Part shown: piece after piece, positions 33,617 to 44,444 of the stretch
Layout: each line of letters begins with the position of its first letter
Numbering within the stretch: position 1 is the first letter of the stretch
NCBI GenBank assembly: GCA_963788685.1
Contig: CAWBHP010000016.1
Span: 76,272-140,271 of the forward strand
Source of the DNA: an uncultured Chloroflexia bacterium
Lineage (GTDB): Bacteria > Chloroflexota > Limnocylindria > Limnocylindrales > CSP1-4
DNA length: 64,000 nucleotides
Direction: 5' to 3'
Made by a program: the position numbers and the translations under genes
The notes under the pieces: generated by a model
Told to the model about the DNA's origin: nothing
Seen by the model: only the letters and a program-made list of their open reading frames with translations
Databases searched by the model: none

Positions 33617-34338
33617 TCAGCCGGACCGGCGGAGGGATGCGGCAAGCGCTCGCGCGAAGACGCCGGCCGCGTCTTCCACGGACGGGGCTTTGGTCGCTGC
33701 GCCTCGTCGTGTCAGCTCGTTCGCAATCGAGGTGGATTCCACGCCTGGCATCCCGCACGGATCGATCAGGTCGAAATCGGCCAGGTCCGGATCGATATTG
33801 AGGGCGATCCCGTGGTAGCTGACGCCGCGCTCGACGCGGATTCCCAGCGCCCCGAGCTTCCTCGGTGACGGGCCCGGCCGGGTCGCACCAGCAGCCGGGG
33901 TGGCCGTCGCGCCGCGCCGCGGCGACGCCGAACGCCTCACTCGTTGCGACCATCGCCGCCTCGAGCGCCCGAACCAGGGGCCGCAGCAGGAGGCCGCGCC
34001 GCGACAGCGCGATGATCGGATAGGCGACGAGCTGGCCCGGGTCCGTGATACGTGACCTCGCCACCCCGCTCGACCCGCAGGACCTCGATGCCGCGGCGGG
34101 CAAGCTCCGCGGGCGATGCGAGCACGTGAGATTGGTCGGCGTGCTTGCCGAGGGTCAGGACCGCGGGGTGCTCGAGCAGCAGCAACCGGTCGCCGATCGC
34201 GCCGTCGGCACGGGCGGCAGCGAGGCGCTTCTGGAGATCCCAGGCCTCCCGGTAGTCGATCCGGCCGAGCCAGCTCACCTCGAGGGCGTCACCAGCGGAA
34301 TCGTGGTCGGATGCGGGAATGAGCGTGGCAGTATCCAC
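33617..34338 (-). CDS. lipB: Octanoyltransferase (lipoyl(octanoyl) transferase); about 2 frame breaks
   Basis: ORF 33937..34338: WLGRIDYREAWDLQKRLAAAR...LLLLEHPAVLTLGKHAD...VERGGEVTYHGPG | QLVAYPII... | RKLGALGIRVERGVSYHGIALNIDPDLADFDLIDPCG (ORF 33617..33940). Confidence 0.85.
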
Positions 34339-34417
34339 CGCCGCACGATAGCAGTTGCCCAGCGATCAGCCGTCTGCGCGCCGGCCTGTAGCGAGCGCTG
34401 GGTAGCGTCGCCGCCGG

Positions 34418-35380
34418 TCAGCCAGGACGATCGATGGGCGCCGTCGCGCCGTAGACGTCCTCGTTCAGTTTGTAGGCCCGTTCCTCCATGTCGAGGATCG
34501 TCTGGCGGAGCTTGGCCAGGTCCTCGCTGCCGAGCTTCGTGACCTCGACCAGCTCAAGGACCTCCTGGTCCTTCTCGAGCGCGCCGGCCCAGCCCACCCG
34601 GACGTTGCCGACCCCGGGTGCGTAGTACTTGAGCTGATATGCGTCGGGCTCGTCACGGTTGTACTCGGCGGTCACCAGGACGTCGTCGTAGCAGCCGGCG
34701 GGAACGCAGGTCGCCGAACCCGTCTCGAAGATTCTGGCCCGGTCCGCCCAGCCGACGTCGGGGCCCCAGCCCTGGGAATAGCTGAGACTGCCGAGCCGCG
34801 GCTCCGCCCACATGTAGATCCCGGCCTTGTCTTCCTTGACCCCGGCGATCCAGGCCGGCGTTGCGGTGATCTCGCCTTCCTCGTACTCCTCGGGATACTC
34901 CCCCATGTGCCAGACCGTGCCGTCATCCGCCTGCGCCCAGAACGCGAGCTCCGCCTCGACGAGCTCGCCATCGTGGTAGTCGAGCTCGTACTCGACGACC
35001 GTACGTACGCCATCGATCTCCTTGGTGAGGTCGGAAACAGTGATTACGACGCCGGCAGCAATACGCTCGCCCTCGTCGCCGTTGACCGAGCCCTCGTAGG
35101 TCAGGCGCGTTCCGGGAACAAGCGGGTACCAGGTGTCATTGATCTCGGTCGGGTGGTGGAAAGAGTCGCGGTGGAATGTTTCGGTCACCGACTCGGCGGG
35201 CGCGGGCGGGACGGTGGGCACCGGCGTCGGCGCGACGGTAGGCGCAGCCGTGGCGGAAAGGACGCGGCCGCTGGGTGGCGCCGAGGCGGCGCTGGGCGAA
35301 GGGCCGACGGCCGCTGCGCAGCCCGCCGTCGCCAGCACGATCGAAACACCGACCGCAAGCAAACCCGGGATGGGACGCAT
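34418..35380 (-). CDS. Secreted lipoprotein of unknown function, last gene of the RND operon
   Basis: Intact 320 aa with lipobox VLATAGC and a Pro/Ala/Thr linker, then an acidic Trp/Tyr-rich domain (DTWYPLVPGTRLTYEG...WHMGEYPEEYEEGE...YYAPGVGNVRVGW). It starts 35 nt after the RND-1 stop on the same strand. Confidence 0.55.
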   Translation of the reverse strand: MRPIPGLLAVGVSIVLATAGCAAAVGPSPSAASAPPSGRVLSATAAPTVAPTPVPTVPPAPAESVTETFHRDSFHHPTEINDTWYPLVPGTRLTYEGSVNGDEGERIAAGVVITVSDLTKEIDGVRTVVEYELDYHDGELVEAELAFWAQADDGTVWHMGEYPEEYEEGEITATPAWIAGVKEDKAGIYMWAEPRLGSLSYSQGWGPDVGWADRARIFETGSATCVPAGCYDDVLVTAEYNRDEPDAYQLKYYAPGVGNVRVGWAGALEKDQEVLELVEVTKLGSEDLAKLRQTILDMEERAYKLNEDVYGATAPIDRPG

Positions 35381-35415
35381 GTCACGAACCCTCCGAGAGC
35401 CCCCGGCAACGCAAA

Positions 35416-38400
35416 TCAGGCTGCCTTGATCGCGGCCTCCGTTCCGCTCCCGCCACCCCCACGCCTGGCAAACCGCAGGTAGAGGGACGGGACCACGAAC
35501 AAGTTGAGCAGCGTCGAGGTGACGAGGCCGCCCAGGATGACGATCGCCATCGGGTGCTCGATCTCATGCCCCGGCAGGTCGCCGGCGATCGCCAACGGCA
35601 CGAGGGCCAGACCCGTAGCCAGGGCCGTCATCAGGATCGGCGACAGTCGTTCCCTGGCGCCCCGGAGGACGAGGTCGGGTCCGAGCGGTTCGCCTTCGTA
35701 GCGCTCGAGGTGCTGGAAGTGGTTGATCATCATGATGCCGTTGCGTGCAGCGATGCCCAGCACGGTGAAGAACCCGACGAGCGAGCCCAGCGAGATCACC
35801 CCGCCCCCGATCCACGTGGCAAGCACGCCACCGACGAGCGCTGATGGCAGGGTCAGGAATGACAACGTGGCAAGGCGGGTGCTGCCGAACGAGGCCTGGA
35901 GCAGGAGGAAGATCCCGACCAGGGCAACGAGTGCGAACAGCAGCAGCCGGTCCTGGGCTGTCTGCCGCTCCGCGTATTCACCGAGCATCTCGGGGTGATA
36001 TCCGGCGTCGAACTCGACGCTTGCGAGGGCTGCCTCGACGTCGCGGATGACGGCGCCGAGGTCCCGACCGCTCACGTTCGCGTCGACGTCGATGCGACGA
36101 TTGAGGCCCTCGTGGCTGACGCTGTTGGGGCTCGACACGACGCGGACGTCAGCAAGGTCGCCCAGAGGGACCGGTCCGGCGATCGGCGTGTCGATCGGGA
36201 GGTTCTCGATGTCGGTCACGCTCTCGCGAATGCCCGGCGTCGTCCAGACCATGACGTCGTACGCCTTGCCGGCAACGAAGATGTCACCGACCTCTTCGCC
36301 GGCCAGCAGGACGGACACGGCGCGGCGTACGTCGCCCGGCTTGACCCCGAACTCGAGACCCTTCGCGAGGTCTACCTCGACCTGGACCTGCGGGATCTCG
36401 ACCTGGAGCTCGCGGTGGAGGTCGATGATGCCCGGAATGCTGGACATGGCCTCTTCGAGCTCGGCCGCCTTGGTCCGCAGAACCTCGAGGTCGGGGCCGT
36501 AGATCCGGATGACGATCGCGTCGCTGGAGCCGGTCAGGACCTCCCGGATCCGCTCCTTCAGGTAGGTCTGGACGTCGCGTCGCAGGCCCGGATAGCCGTC
36601 GACGACCTCCTGGATTGACGCATGAGTCGCGTCGTAGTCGACGGCCGGATCGACGCTGATCCAGTTCTCGCCGAAGTCGATGCCGTACGGCTCGTCGGCC
36701 TGGAAGGCCTGGCCGATGTGGGACCCGCAGTTGCGCACACCCGGAATCGAGCGGAGTTCGATGCAGGCGGCCGTCGAGACCCGAACCTCCTCTGCATGAG
36801 AGGTTCCGGGCGCGGTCACCCAGTGCATGAGGAAGTCGCGCTCCTTGAAGTCGGGCAGCAGCGACTGGCCGAGCTGGGAGAAGACGAGGAGTCCCAGGAC
36901 GCTGATCGCCCCGACCATCGCGAATGCCGGCCGCGCCGTTCGGACGATCCGGGCCAGCAACCGCGAGTAGCCCCGCTGCAGGATTCGTGCCACGGGCGAC
37001 TCGCGGCGCTCGACCGGCGCGTTGCGGAGCAGGATGAAGGCCATCGCCGGCGTGACGGTCAGGGCAACGAACAGTGAGGCGAGCACGGCCAGGGCATACG
37101 AGATCACAAGCGGCTGGAAGAAGGCGCCAGACAGGCCTGCGACGAAGAAGACCGGGATGATGGCGACGACGTCGATCAGCGTCGCGTAGATGATCGCGCT
37201 CCGGACCTCAAGCGACGACTCGAGGACGATCGAAGCCGTCGACCGACCGCTGCCGGCGAGGCGATGCTGGCGCAGGCGGCGGACGATGTTCTCGATGTCG
37301 ATGATCGCGTCGTCGACGACGACCCCGACCGAGATCACCAGGCCGGCGATCACCATCGTGTTGATCGTCGTGCCCCGCAGGTCGAGGACGAGGGTGGCGG
37401 CCATCAACGAGAGCGGAATCGCGACGAGGCTGATCAGGGCCGTCCGCCAATCGAACAGGAACAGGACGAGAATGACGAAGACGAGGATCGAGCCGACGAG
37501 CAGGGCCCGGGCGAGGTTGTCGAGGGCGACCGTGATGAACGTCGCCGGCCGGAAGATCGTCGTGTCGATCTCGATGCCCGTCAGGCCCGGACGCAGCTCC
37601 TCCATTGCCACTTCGACGCCGCGTGTGACGTCGAGGGTATTGGCCCATGGGAACTTCTCGACGATGAGCATGATGCCCGGTCCGTCGTTGATGACCGCGT
37701 CGCCAATCAGCGGCTGGAAGTCGGGGACGAGGTTGGCGACATCGGCCAGGGCGACCTTGTCGCCATTGGCGGCGTCGATCTGGACCTTCTCGAGGCTTTC
37801 CGCCGTGATGACCGTCGAGACGTGCTGGATCACGATGCGCTGGTTGGCCGTGTCGACGAAGCCGCCGGTGCCGATCAGGCTGCCGTCCGTGAACCGGAGG
37901 AGTCCGGCGTCGAGGGCGGATGCCGCCGCCTCCATGACCTGGTCGAGCGTGACGCCACGAGCCGCCATCTGCTCGGGGATGACCTGCACCTGGAGCTGCT
38001 TCAGCCGCTCGCCGTAGATCGTGACGTTGGCGACCCCTTCGACGCTTAGCAGGCGGCTCCGGATCGTCCAGTACGACATCATCGAGAGATCCATCATCGA
38101 CACGGTGTCCGATGACAGGCCGATCTTCAGGACTCGGCTCGTAGCCGACAGGGGCTGGATCATGAAGGGCGGGCTGGCCCAGGTTGGCAGCGACGAGGCG
38201 ACGTTCGCGATCCGCTCGGCGACCAGCTGGCGAGCCCGCAGAAGATCCGTTTCGCGCGAGAAGATCAACTCGATCTGCGACAGCTGCGGGACGGACTTCG
38301 AACGCAGGATGTCGAGCCCCTCGACGCCGGCCAGCGCCTGCTCAATGGGCACGGTGACGAGCGACTCGACTTCCGCGGTCGACATCCCGAGCGCGATCGT

Positions 38401-38550
38401 CTGGATCTCGACCCGCGGCGGGGCGAACTCCGGGAAGACGTCGACGGGCACGCTCTGAAGGCGGCTCAGGCCGATGACCATCAATCCCGCAGCGGCCGCT
38501 ATGACGAGGAAGCGGTAACGCAGGCTGGTGGCGACGATGTGGCGCATCAA
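35416..38550 (-). CDS. RND-superfamily efflux transporter permease (AcrB/CzcA-like), copy 1, intact
   Basis: 1044-aa uninterrupted ORF. N-terminus [53 protein letters not shown]4 proton-relay motif [22 protein letters not shown]. 12-TM/two-loop architecture. Confidence 0.9.
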   Translation of the reverse strand: MMRHIVATSLRYRFLVIAAAAGLMVIGLSRLQSVPVDVFPEFAPPRVEIQTIALGMSTAEVESLVTVPIEQALAGVEGLDILRSKSVPQLSQIELIFSRETDLLRARQLVAERIANVASSLPTWASPPFMIQPLSATSRVLKIGLSSDTVSMMDLSMMSYWTIRSRLLSVEGVANVTIYGERLKQLQVQVIPEQMAARGVTLDQVMEAAASALDAGLLRFTDGSLIGTGGFVDTANQRIVIQHVSTVITAESLEKVQIDAANGDKVALADVANLVPDFQPLIGDAVINDGPGIMLIVEKFPWANTLDVTRGVEVAMEELRPGLTGIEIDTTIFRPATFITVALDNLARALLVGSILVFVILVLFLFDWRTALISLVAIPLSLMAATLVLDLRGTTINTMVIAGLVISVGVVVDDAIIDIENIVRRLRQHRLAGSGRSTASIVLESSLEVRSAIIYATLIDVVAIIPVFFVAGLSGAFFQPLVISYALAVLASLFVALTVTPAMAFILLRNAPVERRESPVARILQRGYSRLLARIVRTARPAFAMVGAISVLGLLVFSQLGQSLLPDFKERDFLMHWVTAPGTSHAEEVRVSTAACIELRSIPGVRNCGSHIGQAFQADEPYGIDFGENWISVDPAVDYDATHASIQEVVDGYPGLRRDVQTYLKERIREVLTGSSDAIVIRIYGPDLEVLRTKAAELEEAMSSIPGIIDLHRELQVEIPQVQVEVDLAKGLEFGVKPGDVRRAVSVLLAGEEVGDIFVAGKAYDVMVWTTPGIRESVTDIENLPIDTPIAGPVPLGDLADVRVVSSPNSVSHEGLNRRIDVDANVSGRDLGAVIRDVEAALASVEFDAGYHPEMLGEYAERQTAQDRLLLFALVALVGIFLLLQASFGSTRLATLSFLTLPSALVGGVLATWIGGGVISLGSLVGFFTVLGIAARNGIMMINHFQHLERYEGEPLGPDLVLRGARERLSPILMTALATGLALVPLAIAGDLPGHEIEHPMAIVILGGLVTSTLLNLFVVPSLYLRFARRGGGGSGTEAAIKAA

Positions 38551-38588
38551 GGTGAGGTCCCTCCCTGGTCAGCCTTCAGCCGACCGCC

Positions 38589-39077
38589 TCAATGGCCGCC
38601 GCCGACCCCGGTCTCGACGCCCCACAACTCGGCCGCGCCGGTCGTGACGACGGCGGTCCCGACCGGGGGCCCGGAGGTGAGGATCGCCACGTCCTCCGCG
38701 ATGCGCTCGACCGTGATCGCGGCGCGGAGGTACACGAGCCCCTCCGGGTTCGTGTAGGTCCATGTCGCACCAGTCTTGTCGTAGACGACGGCCGAATAGG
38801 GGACGGCGAGCCGGGCTCCGGACGGTCCGGCCGCGACAGCCGCCGTTGCGATGCCGAGGCGACCGGCCGCCTTGGTCGAGAGGGTCATTCGGCTCAGTCC
38901 CGAGTCCTCATTTTTCTCGACCTTGACGGGCGGATCCTCGGAAACGATTCCTGCCACTCCGCCCTGCGAGCACGCCGCAAGCAGGAACGCGGCGACGCCC
39001 ATGACGATCAGCATCTTTCGGTTGCCGCGGGCCATCGTGATCCCCTCTCGTGTGTTGGTTGGCTTGGACATGTTCAT
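38589..39077 (-). CDS. Minimal periplasmic-adaptor-like lipoprotein (MFP C-terminal beta-barrel region only)
   Basis: 162 aa with lipobox FLLAAC. LSTKAAGRLGIATAAV then directly LAVPYSAVVYDKTGATWTYTNPEGLVYLRAAITVERIAEDVAILTSGPPVGTAVVTTGAAELWGVE. This resembles the first and last segments of HlyD/CusB-type adaptors without the lipoyl and alpha-hairpin parts. The ATG shares one nt with the RND-2 stop. Confidence 0.55.
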   Translation of the reverse strand: MNMSKPTNTREGITMARGNRKMLIVMGVAAFLLAACSQGGVAGIVSEDPPVKVEKNEDSGLSRMTLSTKAAGRLGIATAAVAAGPSGARLAVPYSAVVYDKTGATWTYTNPEGLVYLRAAITVERIAEDVAILTSGPPVGTAVVTTGAAELWGVETGVGGGH

Positions 39078-42000
39078 CAGGCCGGACTCATGCCGGGCTG
39101 CTCGACGAGCTGGGCAGCTGCGTCGGGCTCCGGGCTGGGGCCGGATCGGAAGTAGACAGCGGGAACGAGGAACAGGGTGAACAGGGTCGAGGTTGCGAGG
39201 CCACCGATCATGACGATCGCCATCGGTCGCAGGATCTCGATGCCCGGCATGCCGCCAAGAACGATGAATGGAGCCATGGCGAGGGCCGTGGCAGTCGTCG
39301 TCGCGAGGATCGGCGCCAGTCGCTCCCTCGCTCCTTCGATGATCAGGTCAGGCCCGTGCTGGGCGTCCAGTGCGCCCTCGAGCTCTTGATATCGCTCGTC
39401 CGTCAGGATCGCGTTGCGCACGGCGATCGTGAGGACGGCCACCGTACCGGCAATGACGCCGATCGAGAGGAAGCCCCCGGTCAGGATCTCCCCGAGCGCG
39501 ACACCGGCCAGCGCGACGGGCAGCGCGACGAAGACCATCAGGGCCCGTCGCCAACTGCCGAATGCCGCCTGGAGAAGCAGGAAGATACCGAGCGCTGACG
39601 CGGCCGCGATGGCGATCAGCCGAACGAGGGCCGCCTGTCGCTCGAGGGTCGTGCCGAGGATCTCGGCGCGGTACTCGAGCGGGAACTCGATTCCGGCCAG
39701 GCGGCTCTTCACGTCGGCCATGACGGACCCGAAGTCGCGCCCGTCCACATTTGCAAGGACATCGACGAAGCGGAAGACGCCTTCGCGCCTGATGACCGAC
39801 GGGCCCGGTGCGATGCTGATGTTTGCTACGTCGCCGAGGCGGACCACGCCGCCGCCCAGGGTCGGGATCGGTACATCCGCCACGCTGGACAGGCTGTGCC
39901 GCAGCTCGGGGGCTCCCCAGACGATGACCTCGAAGACCTTCTGCTCTTCGAACAGGAAGCCGACCTCGATGCCCGCGAGCATCGTCGCGGCGCCGCGCCG
40001 CACGTCGCCCGGAGCCACGCCGCGTGCGCCGGCCGCCTCGAGATCGACCTCGATCTTGAGCCGCGGCTCCTCGACTGCGGCCGGGACACCGACGTCGACG
40101 AGGCCGTTGATGCCGCCCAGGGCCTGGGCAACCTCGTCGGCCTTGGCTCGGATGACGCTGTCCTCATGGCCATAGACCCGAACGACCACGTCGTTTCGCG
40201 GGCCCCTGCAGGACCTCGACTCATCCGCTCGGAGGTGTACGTTCCCACGGCGTGACGCAGGCCGGGATAGCCCGCGATCACGCCCTCGATTGCGGCCAGG
40301 GTCCGCGCATGATCGGCCGCCGGATCGATGCTGATCCAGATCTCTCCCGCATTCGCATTCACGACCTGATCGGACGTCAGGGCCCGGCCGATGTGGCCGT
40401 CCGCATTGCGCACACCCGGGATCGTCCGAAGCTCGGTCGCCGCTCGTGCCACGATGCGGTTCATCTCAATGCTGGACGTGCCCGGCGCACCATCCCAGCT
40501 GATGAGCATGTCGCCCTCCTTGAACGGAGGAACGAACGAATCGCCGAGGTGCGGCACGGTTAGCGCGCCCGCGACGACCATGAGGGCAACGGTGATTGCC
40601 GCGACTGCGACGAAGAACGGTCGCGTCCGCTGGAGCAGCCGCGACAGCAGCGATGCGTAGCCGTTGTGGAGCCGTCGCGACAGGGGCGTCGGATGCTGCT
40701 CCCGTTCTGAACCGGACAGCAGGACCATCGCGAGGGCCGGGGTGACCGTCAGCGCCACAACCGTCGAGGCGAGCATCGCCAGCAGGTACGCCACGATAAG
40801 TGACGGCATGAACGCACCCGCTTGCCCGCTGAGGAAGAACAGGGGCGCGATCGCGATCAGGGCGATCAGTGTGGCGAAGACGAGCGCGCGTCGCGGCCGC
40901 AGGACGGCCTCGAGAATGATCGATGCGGCGGGCTGGCCGGCGTCGAACTCCTGGGGATGACGCCCGCGCCGGAGGATCTCGTCGATGCCGACGATGACGT
41001 CGTCAATGAGAACCCCGATCGCGAGGACCATTCCGGCGATGACGATCGCGTTGAGGGTCGCCCCGAGCTGGTTGAGGACGAGTAGCCCGGCCACCAGCGA
41101 CAGGGGAACCGACAACAGCCCGATCAGCCCGGCTCGCCAGTTCCGGAAGAACAGGAACAGAACGGCGGCAGCCAGAACGAGCCCGGCCAGCAACGCGATC
41201 GAGACGCTCCTGGTTGCCTCCTCGATGAAGGTCGCCGGCCTGAAGACGGTCGTATTGACTTCGATGCCCTTGAGACCCGGCGCGAGGGCAGCAAGCGCCT
41301 CCTCGACCGCCCTCGTGACGGCGAGGGTGTCTGCGCCCGGGAACTTCTCGACGACGAGCAGGAGCCCATCGCCGTCGTTGACGACGGCCTCGCCGATCAG
41401 GAGTTGATGATCCTCGACGACCGCGGCAATGTCGCCCAGGCGCACGGTCCTCCCGTTCGTGAACTCCGGTGGGATCCGGATCTGGGCCAGTTCTTCGGGC
41501 GTGCTGATCGGGAAGACGTGCTGCACACCGAGGCGCTGGTTGGGCGTGTCGATGAACCCACCGGTGCCCGGGGTCGAGGCGTCCAGGAATGTCAGCGGCG
41601 AGACCCAGAGGGCGTTGCCCGTGGCCTCGATCACATGCTGAAGCTGGACGCCCTGGGCCCGCATCTTGTCCGGGTCGACCCGGACCTGGAGCTGCCGCTC
41701 CTGGTTGCCGAAGACCGCGACATTGGCGACTCCCGGCACGCCCATCAGGCGCGGACGGACGGTCCATTTGGCGTGGACTGACATTTCGATCAGTGACATC
41801 TCGGCTGAGGACATAGAGACCATCAACAGCCGGCTCGCCGATGAGAGCGGCTGGAGCATCTCGGGTGGCTTGGAAACATGCGGCAGGGCATGCGCCTGGG
41901 TCAGCCGTTCGGCGACGACCTGACGGGCCCGGAAGATGTCCGTGCCCGGTTCGAAGATCATGACGATCGACGACAGTCCGGCGACCGACTCCGAGTGGAT

Positions 42001-42246
42001 CTCGTCGAGGAATGCCACGCCCTGCAGGAGGTCGGCCTCGAGCGGGACCGTGATCAGCTGCTCGACCTCGTCCGCGGAGAGGCCCAGGGCCTCGGTGTGG
42101 ACCTCGACGTAGGGCGCCGTGAATTCCGGAAGCACATCGCGGGGCATGCTGGGAAGCTGTAGGAACCCGAAGAGCAGGGTGATTGCCGCCAGGCCCAGCA
42201 CGAGGCCGCGATACCTAAGGCTCCAACCAACGACCGAACGCATCAT
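39077..42246 (-). CDS. RND-superfamily efflux transporter permease, copy 2 (paralog); one frame break near 40190-40250
   Basis: ORF 39826..42246 (806 aa): MMRSVVGWSLRYRGLVLGLAAITLLFGFLQLPSMPRDVLPEFTAPYVEVHT...TM4 VLAIGVLIDDVIVGIDEILRR. The C-terminal 370 aa come from ORF 39077..40189. Confidence 0.85.
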
Positions 42247-42462
42247 CCTGCAGACCTCCCTGCCGAGTCGGGATGTCGTCGCGGCGCCGGCGCGCGAAAC
42301 CGCACGCCAGGCTCAACGACAAGCCTCTCCCCAATCGCCACGCGCCACTCCCACGCGACATGGCCCCCCAGGTGCACCGGCGCGGCAAGGCCAGTCCGCG
42401 GCGCGGCGTACGAAAGCCCCGGGGTTTTGCCCTCTCCGGCGGATCGGTTCCACCAACCGTGA

Positions 42463-42485
42463 CCGCGACGCCAGATGCGTCGCGG
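42463..42485. promoter_or_regulatory. Perfect 9-bp inverted repeat (CCGCGACGC-cagat-GCGTCGCGG) in the RND/two-component divergent intergenic region
   Basis: Read directly from the sequence. It lies ~217 nt upstream of the RND-2 start and ~52 nt upstream of the -35 box proposed for the kinase gene. It could be an operator or a 5'-UTR hairpin. Confidence 0.35.
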
Positions 42486-42536
42486 ACGCCCCAATTTCCC
42501 TGTCCGCAAACCCCCGCGGAATTCGTAACTAGATCA

Positions 42537-42565
42537 TTGTCGGAAAAAGTACTAGTGCCTATACT
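42537..42565 (+). promoter_or_regulatory. Near-consensus sigma-70-type promoter for the histidine kinase/response regulator genes
   Basis: TTGTCG (42537-42542), 17-nt spacer, TATACT (42560-42565). It sits in a conspicuously A+T-rich island (42520-42580). RBS GAGGGGG is at 42580-42586 and GTG at 42593. Confidence 0.55.
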
Positions 42566-42592
42566 CAAAAAACGCCATTGAGGGGGTCATGA

Positions 42593-43669
42593 GTGATCAT
42601 GGGCGCGGTTCGTAGACGGTTCGGTCTCGGACGCCTGTCGGGCCTCGATCCAGTAGCAACACGCCATCTGGTCGAGGCGGCGACGTACCTGCTCGCGTTC
42701 GCCACGTTCATGCGGGTCGGCGACACCGAAATCCTGCTCCATGCGATGTGGGTAACCGTCGCGCTCGGCGCCTTCGTCTACGGCCTGCGAATCGCCCTGG
42801 CCCGAATCCTGATCGCGGCGATCATTGCGGTGGGCTACTCGTTCGCCAGCACCGCTCTCGGTCGGCCGGCAGAGGTCGAGCCATTGGATTTCTCGGAGTG
42901 GCCGCTGATGGTCGCCATCTCCGTGGTCGTCGCGATCATGGCCGACCTCCTCTCGACATCCGCGAAGCGCTACGCGTTGCTCTATCGGCAGGCTAGCGAC
43001 CGGCTGCACACCGCTCACGAGGACGAACGCGCACGCCTGGCTCGGGACCTCCACGACGGCGTCGGCCAAACGCTAACCGCAGTGATCCTGACTCTGGACG
43101 CGGCGGAGGCGGCCCTGGACCGCACTTCGCCAGCCGCTGAGGCGTCGATCAGGCGCGCCCAGGTGCTCGCGGCATCCGCGCTCGAGGAAGCGCGCGACGT
43201 CGCAATGCGATTGCGCCCGGTGCGAATCCATGAGATCGGTCTCGGCGCCGCCCTGCGAGATCTCGCGGACCGTGCGGGGATCCCTGTCGAGGTCCGGCTC
43301 GACCCGGCGATTCTGCCGGCCGGCCTCCTCGAGGCCGATCGCGAAATCGATGCCTATCGGATCGTCCAGGAGGCGATCAGCAATGCGGCGCGCCACAGTC
43401 GGGGAGCCCATGTCTGGATCGACGGACAGGTCATCGACGGACAGGTCCGGATCGCCATCGGCGACGACGGCGTGGGATTCGATCCGTCCGCGCCGGCCCG
43501 CGGGCTCGGCCTGGACGGCATGCGGGAGCGAGCCGCGATCCTTGAGGGTCGGCTGGAGGTGGCGTCGAGGCCGGCCGAAGGCACGACGGTCGAGCTGTAC
43601 GTGCCCCTTCCGGCCCAGCCGGCCGGCCCAGTCCCGACGACCAAGCCTGTCGCGGGCCCGGTCGTCTGA
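42593..43669 (+). CDS. Sensor histidine kinase, HisKA_3 (NarL/DesK/LiaS-type) family
   Basis: Intact. N-terminal TM helices. H-box ERARLARDLHDGVGQTLTAV. N-box IVQEAISNAARHS. G-boxes IGDDGVGF...GLGLDGMRERA. Confidence 0.88.
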   Translation: MIMGAVRRRFGLGRLSGLDPVATRHLVEAATYLLAFATFMRVGDTEILLHAMWVTVALGAFVYGLRIALARILIAAIIAVGYSFASTALGRPAEVEPLDFSEWPLMVAISVVVAIMADLLSTSAKRYALLYRQASDRLHTAHEDERARLARDLHDGVGQTLTAVILTLDAAEAALDRTSPAAEASIRRAQVLAASALEEARDVAMRLRPVRIHEIGLGAALRDLADRAGIPVEVRLDPAILPAGLLEADREIDAYRIVQEAISNAARHSRGAHVWIDGQVIDGQVRIAIGDDGVGFDPSAPARGLGLDGMRERAAILEGRLEVASRPAEGTTVELYVPLPAQPAGPVPTTKPVAGPVV

Positions 43670-44400
43670 TGGCGGAGCCAAGGGACGGCGGCCCGTTCGA
43701 ATCCCCGGACTCAGGGGTCTCCAAAGGTGGGCCGGATCGCCCGCCGCACGGCTTCGTCTCGGTGTCGGCGCCGATCCGGGTGGGTCTGGTCGACGACCAT
43801 CATCTCGTGCGCGAGGGTCTCCGCCTTGTGCTCGCTGGTGACGACCGGTTCGAGGTCATCGGTGAGGCGTCGACCAAAGCCGACGCCAGCGACCTCGTCG
43901 CGGCCAGCAAGCCCGACGTTCTCGTGCTCGACCTGACGTTTCCTGACGGGGACGCGCTGCCGCTCGTGCGTGACCTGCGGAGCCGGCACCCGGCCCTACG
44001 GATCGTTGTCCTGACCATGCACAGCGACCCCGAGACGGTCCGCCAGGCTCTGGCCGCCGGAGCATCGGGCTACCTGGTCAAAGGAGCCCATTCGCAGGAG
44101 CTGTTCGCGGCGATCCTGGCGGTTGCCCGCGGGGAGCGATATCTCCACAGCAGTGTCACGGGCGCCATCGTCGACGACTCGGTCCGCTGGCTTCAGACGG
44201 GTCCGATGAGCATTCGTGAGCGCGAGATCCTGAGCCTGCTGGCGTCGGGCCATCCGCCGGCCGAGATCGGCCGCCGATTGGCCATCAGCATTCATACCGT
44301 CCGCCGACATATCGCCAACCTGTCGACGAAGCTTGGCCTGCGCGGAACGAACGCCCTGACGCGGTATGCAATCCGAAACGGGCTGGTCAGGGACGAATAG
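43669..44400 (+). CDS. LuxR/NarL-family response regulator
   Basis: The ATG shares one nt with the kinase stop (TGATG). Alternative start GTG 43762. RVGLVDDHHLVREGL...VLVLDLTFPDGDAL (receiver Asp)...VVLTMH. HTH: LSIREREILSLLASGHPPAEIGRRLAISIHTVRRHIANLSTKLG. Confidence 0.88.
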   Translation: MAEPRDGGPFESPDSGVSKGGPDRPPHGFVSVSAPIRVGLVDDHHLVREGLRLVLAGDDRFEVIGEASTKADASDLVAASKPDVLVLDLTFPDGDALPLVRDLRSRHPALRIVVLTMHSDPETVRQALAAGASGYLVKGAHSQELFAAILAVARGERYLHSSVTGAIVDDSVRWLQTGPMSIREREILSLLASGHPPAEIGRRLAISIHTVRRHIANLSTKLGLRGTNALTRYAIRNGLVRDE

Positions 44401-44444
44401 CGCAGCTGGCGGCGGCCCTGCGGAACTCCTCTCGGGCGCCTTGG

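Noticed and set aside
42414-42428. CCCCGGGG followed by TTTT as an intrinsic terminator
   Set aside because: An 8-nt palindrome leaves no loop, so it cannot form a usable hairpin. It also lies in a promoter-type divergent region, not at a gene end.
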